Part shown: piece after piece, positions 53,437 through 64,000 of the stretch
How positions within the stretch are numbered: the first letter of the stretch is position 1
Layout: every line of letters begins with the position of its first letter
From: Octopus vulgaris
Taxonomy: Eukaryota
Length of the DNA stretch: 64,000 nt
Assembly (NCBI GenBank): GCA_951406725.2
Contig: OX597839.1
Coordinates: forward strand, 34,968,001 to 35,032,000
Direction of reading: 5' to 3'
The notes under the pieces: model-generated
What the model was told of the DNA's origin: nothing
Database searches by the model: none
Seen by the model: the letters and a program-made list of their open reading frames with translations, nothing else
Made by a program: the position numbers and the translations under genes

Positions 53437-53999
53437 CCATTCAAATTATCCGTAGCCCTTCTCCCACCTCCTTATATCTTACTCTCCCCATATACGCACT
53501 GAAATAATTGCATCCACATACATATGTACACACCCTGTATATATAGGAACCGAGAGAGTTAAGCTCTTGAACAGATCAGTTCTGATGAGCTTTGGTTAAT
53601 TACAGCCTTGATTTTGCTATGCTTTCTTCTTCAACGATCTCTCTATTCACTAAATTATCGATCCGTACGGTTGTCTGCTTGTTTTTCAGTGATATAGCAA
53701 ATGTTATTTAGCTTATATTAACGGAGGCTTAATTAAAACGGAACCAAAAAAAAATTTTTTAAATACATAAACATTTACACAAAATTTGACTTTTTAAAAA
53801 AAAGGAAAGGAGAAATAAAAAAAACCCTCAAGAAAAGGGAAACTGAAAAAAACTGGACATTTTATTAAATTTGTGACATTAATTATAATTGTAATTAACT
53901 ACTGGTTAATTACAACAGCAACGAAATCAAACGAGAAGAAATACAAGGAAGTCCAAACTGTAAGTAAATTTTGTATGTCTCCTCTTAAGATTTTTATTC

Positions 54000-54960
54000 C
54001 ATCTTTTAAATACCATTTTGTTACAATGCTTCTGTTGAAATATGTTGCCTTCGTTTTAATTAATTTGGTAAAAATAATGAAGAATTTAGTAGAATAAGTT
54101 TGGCATTATTAACCTGGTGCTTGGGACATAAATCAACATGAAATTTTGGGGAAAGGTTTTAATTTGGATCACTTCAAGGCTTTTGTTACCATATTTCTGT
54201 TGGAATACATCACCTTCGTTTTTAATTAATTTTGAAGAATTTAGCAAAAGAACTTTGGCATCATTAACCCTTTTGTTACCAACTGGCTCTGGCTCTGAGT
54301 ACAAATGTCTTGTTTTCTTAAGTTTTGAATTAGAATCTTCCACCAAACCTTAGTCACAATTTATGTTCCTAACACTAGTTTAATGATAACGAAGTTATTT
54401 TACTAAATTCTTTGTTATATTTAAAGTAATTGAAAGAAACACAGAGCATCTTAACAGAAATAGGGTAACAAAAAGGTTGAAATATATAATAGAGAAACAA
54501 TTCTTAACCATTTCATTACCAACCTGGCTGAAACCAATTCTGGCTCTGAGTACAAATGTCTTGTTTTTATAAGTTTTGAATTAAAATCTTCCACCAAATC
54601 TTAGTCACAGTTTATGTTCCTAACACTAGCTGAATGATAACTAAGTTATTTTACTAAATTCTTTGCTATATTTAAAGTAATTGAAAGAAATATAGTAACA
54701 AAAGAGTTAAAATATATAATAGAGAACAATTCTTAACACTTTCATTACCAACCCAGCTGAAACCAATTCTGGCTTTGAGTACAAATGTCTTGTTTTTATA
54801 AGTTTGGAATTAAAATCTTCCACCAAATCTTAGTCACAGTTTATGTTCCTAACCCTAGCTTAATGATAACTAAGTTATTTTACTAAATTCTTTGTAATAT
54901 TTAAAATTAATTGAAGAAAACACAGAGCATCTCAAAATAAATACAGTAACGAAAGGGTTA
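54000..54960. mobile_element. Cluster of TTAA-flanked piggyBac-like MITEs, three in tandem
   Basis: TTAACCCTTTTGTTACC..GTAACGAAAGGGTTAA units at ~54264, 54503 and 54733, with inverted fragments to the left. Confidence 0.75.
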
Positions 54961-55307
54961 AAAACAAAGTTTGTCTAAGAAAACAAGAGTCAGTATCAAG
55001 CAGGTTGATATGAAAAGGGTTATCTAGGGTCTATATGTACCGGTAATACACTGCGGTGGTTTTACTGAACTGCTACTACACTTATTGGCTTTGAGCCTAG
55101 TAAATAATTAAACAAATCTATACATATTGAAACCATTTGATTACATCAATATTTATTTTGAATCACATCAGTGTGTGTGTAAAATAATAGTAGTTGTTGT
55201 TGGTGTTGCTGTTTCAAATGTAGGACTCAATACATGATACAAACATGTAGATTTTTTAGTCTTTTATTTAAAAGTTATTATGATGATAATTTCGAATTGC
55301 AAGTATA

Positions 55308-55725
55308 GGTGCAGGAGTGGCTGTGTGGTAAGTAGCTTGTTTACCAACCACATGGTTCCGGGTTCAAGTCCCACTGCGTGGCACCTTCGGCAAGTGTCTT
55401 CTGCTATAGCCTCGGGCCGACCAATGCCTTGTGAGTGGATTTGGTAGACGGAAACTGAAAGAAGCCTGTCGTATATATGTATATATATATATATATGTAT
55501 TTGTGTGTATGTTTGTGTGTCTATGTTCGTCCCCCTAGCATTGCTTGACAACCGATGCTGGTGTGTTTACGTCCCCGTCACTTAGCGGTTCGGCAAAAGA
55601 GACCGATAGAATAAGTACTGGGCTTACAAAGAATAAGAGCCGGGATCGATTTGCTCGACTAAAGGTGGTGCTCCAGCATGGCCGCAGTCAAATGACTGAA
55701 ACAAGTAAAAGAGTAAAAGAGTAAA
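55308..55725 (+). mobile_element. SINE family A
   Basis: Complete copy; followed by an RTE 3' end at 55767-55952 (minus). Confidence 0.9.
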
Positions 55726-55987
55726 GTGTATGTATACGTACATATATATATATATATATATATATATCATCATCATCATCATCATCATTTAGCATCCGTT
55801 TTCCATGCTAGCATGGGTTGGACGGTTTAACTGGGGTCTGTGAAGCCGGTAGGCTTCATCAGGCCCAGTCAGATTTGGCAGTGTTTCTACGGCTGGATGC
55901 CCTTCCTAACGCCAACCACTCCGTGAGTGTAGTGGGTGCTTTTTACGTGCCATATATATATATATATATATATACATGCATACATAC

Positions 55988-56036
<49 letters not shown>

Positions 56037-56568
56037 CACACACACACACACATATATATGTGTGTATGTATGCATGTATGTATATATGCATAGAATAAGT
56101 ACTAAACTTTAAAAGACTGAGTCCTGGGGCTGATTTGTTTGACTAAAACCCCTTAAGTTGGTGCCCCAGCATGGCCGTAGTCAAATGATTGAAACAAGTG
56201 AAAAAATAAAAGAATGTATGTATGTATGTTTATACACACACAAGAAACATACACATACATAAACATTATGCACTGTTTATGACTGTATAACAAAGGACCG
56301 AAAGTCCTTCCCAAGCCATGGGTTCCTAAGGGTGGTGGGCCATTTTGGGAGCAATGTGAAATGAAGTGTCTTGCTCAAGAACACAACATATCACTCGGAC
56401 CAGGAATTGAAACCACAATCTTACGATTGTAAATGCAGCACCCTGACCACGATGCCAAATACCTGTGTGTGTGCATGTATGTATGTGTGTGTGTGTGTGT
56501 GTGTGTAAGTTTATAAAGATATATATGTGTATATGTGTGATGTTTTAATAATTATAATAATAATGATG

Positions 56569-56600
<32 letters not shown>

Positions 56601-56714
56601 CATCATCATCATTATCATCATCGTTTAACGTCCGCTTTCCATGCCAGCATGGGTTGGACGGTTCAACTGGGGTCTGGGGAGCCCGAAGGCTGCACCAGGT
56701 CATATATATATATA

Positions 56715-56941
56715 AGGCGGCGAGCTGGCAGAATCGTTAGCACGCCGGGCGAAATGCGTAGCCGTATTTCGTCTGCCGTTACGTTCTGAGTTCAAATTCC
56801 GCCGAGGTCGACTTTGCCTTTCATCCTTTCGGGGTCGATAAATTAAGTACCAGTTACGCACTGGGATCGATATAATCGACTTAATCCCCTTGTCTGTCCT
56901 TGTTTGTCCCCTCTGTGTTTAGTCCCTTGTGGATAGTAAAG

Positions 56942-56944
<3 letters not shown>
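56715..56944 (+). mobile_element. SINE family C, monomer
   Basis: GGCGGCGAGCTGGCAGAATCG..TAGTAAAGAAA, flanked by TA. Confidence 0.85.
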
Positions 56945-56980
<36 letters not shown>

Positions 56981-57149
56981 AAGCAAAATAAGCAACGGGA
57001 TATCAGGTAGTGATGCAGTACGACCGTTTCAAGCGGTTCCATTTAATTGAACAATGCAGTCATTTTTATATATATATATGTATATATATGTATATATATA
57101 TAGTATATACCGTATTATATAGCGTATCCATTTAATTATATACATATGC

Positions 57150-57234
<85 letters not shown>

Positions 57235-57498
57235 TATACATATACATACATATATACAGTAAACAATGAAGTTAGGTGCAGTTTTCTCATGCTCCACATA
57301 TATTTGTAGAAAGTCACGTTGCATGAAGGATTCCTCTAACCGCCAGCCATCCCTTGTTCTCAATAACAACTCTCCCCACCTTATTTTCCTCCACTCATCT
57401 TTTTCCCAGGCTCCACCAATGTCTCCTGCTTGTCTGAGTTACATCTTAGGATTGCCATACCTCAATTCAAACATGTTTTCATAACTTCTATTCATTTC

Positions 57499-57532
<34 letters not shown>

Positions 57533-57697
57533 GGCGCAGGAGTGGCTGTGTGGTAAGTAGCTTGCTTACCAACCTCATGGGTCTGGGTTCAGTCCCACTG
57601 CGTGGCACCTTGGGCAAGTGTCTTCTACTATAGCCTCGGGCCGAACAAAGCCTTGTGAGTGGATTTGGTAGACGGAAACTGAAAGAAGCTCGTCGTA

Positions 57698-57762
<65 letters not shown>

Positions 57763-57982
57763 TTGTGTGTCTGTGTTTGTCCCCCTAGCATTGCTTGACA
57801 AACAATTTTGTTGTGTTTCTGTTCCTGTAACTTAGCAGTTGGGCAAAAGAGCCCAATAGAGTGAGTACTAGGCTTACAAAGAATAAGTCCTGGTGTCAAT
57901 TCCTTTGACTGAAACTCTTTATGGCGGTACTCCAGCATGGCCACAGTCAAAGTACTGAAATAAGTAAAAGAATAAAAGAGTA
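57533..57982 (+). mobile_element. SINE family A
   Basis: Complete copy. Confidence 0.9.
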
Positions 57983-58105
57983 TATATGTATATGTATATA
58001 TATATATATACGTATATATATATATATACATGATATATACAGGACGCCATGATAAACCGTTTGCTCCAACACGCATTTTTTTCTCTCCTTGTTTTTTTCT
58101 GTGTA

Positions 58106-58143
58106 TCTTTCTGTCGAAGAGCGTAGGCTCGAAACGTAAAAGA
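58106..58143 (+). ncRNA. Minimal hammerhead-like motif with U at position 6
   Basis: tcttt-CTGTCGA-a-gagc(gtag)gctc-GAAAC-GTA-aaaga within element 58030-58245. Confidence 0.6.
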
Positions 58144-58256
58144 CTTGTTCTATTTCTATTCCTGAGCGACATACTAATACATTTGTTTGTTTGTACTCCA
58201 CCTGCCTTCGTCTTTTGCTTATTTTCGTAAACCTTCCCGTTACATATATATACATA

Positions 58257-58761
<505 letters not shown>

Positions 58762-58883
58762 GAGATAGAGAGAGAGAGAGACAGATAGACAGACAAACAG
58801 ATAGACACACAGACTGACAGACAAGGACAGACAGACGGAGACAGACAAGCAGAGACAGACAGACAGACAGAGAGTAAGAGGCT

Positions 58884-58921
<38 letters not shown>

Positions 58922-58930
58922 GAGATAGAT

Positions 58931-58973
<43 letters not shown>

Positions 58974-59639
58974 TAGACACACAGACTGACAGACAAGGAC
59001 AGATGGAGACAGACAGACAGAGAGTAAGAGGCTGAGAGAGAGAGAGACAGACAGACAGACAGGCAGAGTAAGAGAGAAAGGAGGAAATAGGGTGAAAAAG
59101 AGAGAGGGAGGAAGAAGAAAAAGAGCAGAGAGAGAGTGAGAGAGAGAGGGTTGAGAGAGAAAGAGAGGAAGACAGAGTAGAGAAACAGATAGGTAGAGTA
59201 GAGAGAAAGAGAACAGAAAGAAATAGGGAAAGAGAAAGCAAGATTGAGAGAGAAGAAAAGAGAGAGAGAGTGTGTTAGCATTAATCTAGAAGTCATGTGA
59301 GCAGACAGTGAAATCTGGGGCTGGATAGAATAAAAATGAAAGAGGGCAGGGGAGAGAGGAAGCAATAGTATGTGCAAGTAAGAGAGATGAAAAAGAGCGG
59401 GAAAACAGTAGCAGTCCATTGTAGAGTGTGGGGTTTTGAGTGAAGTCTGGAGAGGGGATTGAAAGCTTTGTTGGTATATTACAGAAAGGTGTTGGAGGGA
59501 AGTAATCAATATTTGTGTTGAAGGGGTGTAAGGGAAAGAGAGAGAGAGAGTATTGTGAGGGAAAATGAATTTCGATAGAGTTGATAGAGAGAGATAAAAG
59601 AGATGGAAGAGAGAGAGGAGAGAGCTATGAGAGAGGCAA

Positions 59640-59965
59640 TAGGGGACCAGAGAATGTGTTTGTTTGTGCCTTCTCAAGCCATGCCTGGCTCATAAGGGCC
59701 GTTTTCCCGGTTTCTTGGCATATAAGGTTCCCCACCTGGACGGGATGCCAGTCCGTCGCAGGTGAGCTGCAAGATGCAGGAGGAAAGAGTGAGAGAAAGT
59801 TGTGGCGAAAGAGTCAGCAGAGGTTTTGCCATTACCTTCTGCTGGAGCCGCATGGAGCTTAGGTGTTTCGCTCATAAACACACACATTGCCCGGTCTGAG
59901 ATTCAAATCCGCGATCCCTCGACTGCGAGTCCGCTGCTCTAACCACTAGGAACATGTGCCTCCAC
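59640..59965 (-). mobile_element. SINE family B variant
   Basis: Reverse complement of GGAGGCACATG..TAGTGGTTAGAGCAGCGGACTCGC head. Confidence 0.8.
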
Positions 59966-60223
59966 TTGACCAGAGAATGGAAGGAAGAGGAAAGGAAAAG
60001 CAAGACGAGAGAGAAAGAGGTCTGCCTGTGCATGTATGTGTGTGTGCATATATGTGTCAATTATATTGACCCCAGTGCATAACTGGTACTTATTTAATCG
60101 ACCCCAAAAGGATGAAAGGCAAAGTCAACCTCAGTGGAATTTGAACTCAGAATGTAATGGCAGACAAAATACTGTTAAGCATTTTGCCCAACGTGCTACC
60201 AATTCCTGCAGCTTGCCAGCCTT

Positions 60224-60303
<80 letters not shown>

Positions 60304-60732
60304 GCGTATATACATATATATATACATATATGATTGATTGATTGATTCTAGTTTCAGCTTATGAGCTGTGGCCATGCTGGGGCACCGCCATATATATATA
60401 TGTTTATATATATATGCGTATATACATATATATATACATATGTTTATATATATACATATATATATATATATGTCTCATTTATACCTGCCTTATATGGCTT
60501 ATAGGTTAAATGAGGCATACTTGTCCTTACGGCCGAAACAGCTGTCAGATATGATATAATTATATATTATATTTTATATTTTATATTTCTATTTCCTTGT
60601 CTAATTATATTTACAATATATTTTGTATAATGCCTTTGCTGTTATGTAATGGTGTAATAAAGTATTGATTGGGTATCATCTGATGGTTGATGTTTGATTG
60701 ATTTAAGTATGTTTCTCCATTTTCTAATTTTG

Positions 60733-60778
<46 letters not shown>

Positions 60779-60781
<3 letters not shown>

Positions 60782-61420
60782 AGGTGCATGGCTTAGTGGT
60801 CAGTGTGTCCAATGCATGATCGCAAGGTCTTGAGTTCAGTTCTTGGCTGCATGTTGTGACCTTGAGCAAGACACTTTATTTCACTCACCTGGCAGAAATG
60901 AGTTGTACCTGTAACTTAAAAAAGGCCAGCCTTGTCACACTCTGTGTCATGCTGAATTTCTCTGAGAACTACGTTATGGGTACGCGTGACTGTGGAGCCC
61001 TCAGCCAATTGCACATCAATTTCATGAGCAGGGTGTTCTGTTGATCGGACACTCGTCATCATAACAGATGGAGTGACAGTGGCTGTGTGGTAAGAAACTT
61101 GCTTCTCAACCATATGATTCTGGGTTCAGTCCCACTGCATGGCACCTTGGGCAAATGTCTTCTACTGTAGCCTTGGCCTTGTAAGTGGATTTGGTTGATG
61201 GAAACTGAAAGAAACCCATCATATGTGTGTGTGTGTGTTTGTCCACCCACCATCACTTGACAACCAATGTTGGTGTGTTTATGTCCCCATAACTTAGTGG
61301 TTCGACAAAAGAGATCGACTAGGCTTACAAAGAATAAGTCCTGGAGAAAATTTGTTTGACTAAAGGCAGTGCTCCAGCATGGCTACAGCCAAATGACTAA
61401 AACAAGTAAAAGAATAAAAG
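60779..61420 (+). mobile_element. Older tRNA-SINE (B-like 3' part) followed by a diverged SINE A
   Basis: TGGCTTAGTGG..GAGTTCAGTTC, CCTTGAGCAAGACACTT; SINE A from 61078. Confidence 0.7.
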
Positions 61421-62584
61421 AATACAATGTGTGTGAGTGAGTGTCTGTGTGTATGCGTTTCTGTCTGTGTTTGTCACACCCCCACCTCCATTGCTTGAGA
61501 ACAGGTGACGGTTTGTTTATGTCCCCAAGAAGAACAACAGAAAGTGTATCAAACTTGATGCAAAAAAGACAATACCGAGATTGCTTTGTTCGACTGAAAC
61601 CCTTCAAGGCGGTGCCCCAGCCTGGCCACAGGTCAGTGAAAAGAAAACAAGAAGCTGTCATCAAGAGAGAATGTAGTGTTTGTAACGAGGGGCGTCGGCT
61701 GGTTCCCATCATTAACGGACTTTCCAATTTTCTTGCGATCACGCCCTTTGCTGCGACAAAGCCATAATTTATAAGTGTGGGCATCACGCCCTACTGGTAC
61801 ACACACACACACACACACACACACATGTGCATACACACGCACGTACACACACACATGTGCATACACACGCACGTACACACACACATGTGCATACACACGC
61901 ACATACACACACACATGTGCATACACACGCACGTACACACACACTTACGTACATGTATGCATACATACACCACATACTCACACACATGCGCATACATACA
62001 TGTGCATACCTACACACACACACGCATAAACTTGCATACACACACATACTCTCTCTCTTTCTCTTATATACACCTAATTATGCACACGCATGCACAGACA
62101 CATGCACACACACACACACACGCACGTACTCACACACTTACGTACACGTATGCATACATACACACACATACACACTCACACACACACATACACACACAGA
62201 CTCACACACACACACATACATACACACACATACACACTCACACACACAGACTCATACACACACACACACACACACACATTCTTCCTTTTATTCGTTTCAG
62301 TTATCAAATCACGACCATGCTGGGGCACCATCTCCAGGCTTCTCATGTTTCGTCCAGTCCATAATTTTTATTAATCTCTATCTATCGAACTGCTAAGTTT
62401 TTGTGTCAATAAAGGAAAAACTTGGTTGCTATTTCCAGCTGATGAAGCAACCATGGAAAGGTCCCTTTTTTTTTTTTTTTACTCAGTTAAAGGAAAGCAG
62501 TGCCCATGGCCTTTTCCAAGATCCTTGAAATCTCTGGGAGGGTACAAAAATATCCTCAAACCAGAGAGCTGGTTTAAATGCTTG

Positions 62585-63015
62585 AAAGAGAGTGGACCCT
62601 GCTAAAGCCACCCAAGGACTAGTTGGGGTGCTAAGATTAGGTAACAACAAACTGGACACTGCTAAACATACCCAAGGACCAGGGTGGGGTGTTAAGCTGG
62701 GTAACAACGGAGTGGACCCTGCTGAAGTACCAAGGACCATGCAGGGGTGGCAAACTAAGTGATAATAGTGCGGACTCTGCTAGCTGTAACCCAAGGACCA
62801 GGGTGAGGTGTTAAGCTGGGTAGCAACAGAGTGGACACTGCTAAACATACCCAAGGACCAGGGTGGGGTGTTAAGCTGGGTAACAACGGAGTGGACCCTG
62901 CTGAAGTACCAAGGACCATGCAGGGGTGACAAACTAGGTGATAATATTGCGGACCCTACTAGCTGTAACCCAAGGACCAGGGTGGAGTGTTAAGCTGGGT
63001 AACAACTGATTGGAC
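62585..63015. repeat. ~60-bp tandem repeat, about 7 units, 179-bp higher-order period
   Basis: CCAAGGAC recurs at ~62612, 62672, 62730, 62791, 62851, 62909 and 62969. Confidence 0.9.
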
Positions 63016-64000
63016 TCAATTAAAAGTCCCCAAGTGGCCCAGCTGGAGGCATTGAACCAGTAACAGACAACCATAAATGCATAACACTTGGCATAAAGCC
63101 ATTTTCCTTTCTACTGAATTCCTGTTCAGTGAAGGAATCTGATTTCTTTGTCTTGTGAATTCCTTGGCAACATCACCAAAACAGGTGCCACACACAATAA
63201 AAAGGCCCCCTAATCCTAACATTGTAAAGTGGTTGGTGTTAGGAAGAGCATCCAGCTGTGGGAATCATGCCAAAAAGACACCGGAGATCGTTGGGCCTTC
63301 TTGAACCATTATCCGACCATGCCAGCATGGAAAATGGATATTAAATGGTAATTGTGTGTGTGTGTGAGTTTGTTTGTCTTTGTGTGTCTATGTGTCTGTG
63401 TGTTTGTGTTTGTATGTGTGTATGTGTGTCTGTATTCATGTGTGTGTGTTTGAGCATGTGTAGATGTTTGTGTATGTGTGTTTGTGATTGTCTTTGTATG
63501 TGTGTGTATGTGAGAGTGTGCATGTTTATGTTTGTGTGTGAGTGTGTGTGTGTGTGTGTGTATGTGTGTATGTTTGCATGTGTCTGTGTTTCTGTGTGTA
63601 TGTAAGTGTTTGTGTATGTATGTGTTTGTATTTGTGTGTGTGAGTATGTTTGTTAGTGTCTTTGTATGTGTGTGTATGTGTGAGTGTGTGTGTCTGTGTG
63701 TTTGTGTGAGTGTTTATGTATGTTTGTGTGTGAGTGTCTGTGTGTTTGCATGTGTCTGAGTCTGTGTGCATCTGTATGTGTGTTAGCGTTTGTGTGTGTG
63801 TGTGTGTGTGTGTATACTTCTGACTGTCCCCCACTGATGTTGGTTTGTTTACATCTGTCATAATTTAGCAGTTACAAAATAAATTCCTGGGCTCGATTTG
63901 ATCAACTAAAACCCCTCAAGGTGATGCCCCAGCATGGCCACAGTCCAATGACCAAAACAAAAATAAGATTATTATATAATATACAGAGAAAAGGAGAGAG

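Noticed and set aside
53581-53600. CTGATGA as a hammerhead core or snoRNA C box
   Set aside because: No matching stem II/GAAA or D box nearby
62585-63015. Twister-ribozyme-like UAAC..GGUCC in the reverse-complement unit
   Set aside because: Conserved AAG and pseudoknot pairings could not be placed

Overview
AT-rich, repeat-saturated eukaryotic DNA. The SINE/LINE repertoire and microsatellite load look like a coleoid cephalopod (octopus-type) genome; this is recognition, not a database result. No intact host protein-coding gene is supportable, and most supplied ORFs are translations of microsatellites or SINEs. Recognisable content: three tRNA-derived SINE families (dozens of copies); fragments of R4/Dong, RTE, L1/Tx1 and Penelope-like (PLE) retroelements; Tc1 (DD36E), maT (DD37D), mariner, hAT and piggyBac-type DNA elements; several tandem arrays; local direct and inverted duplications; and a ~120-bp 18S rRNA fragment inside a foldback. 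The most notable hidden signal is a set of about a dozen minimal type-I hammerhead-ribozyme-like motifs from several unrelated short non-coding families. Most sit in (TA)n/(TAA)n tracts, have palindromic stem III, and several have non-canonical cores, including a G3-C8 swap. There is also a candidate HDV-like ribozyme at the 5' end of an RTE-type 5'UTR. All RNA folds were made by eye and none has been tested for activity.
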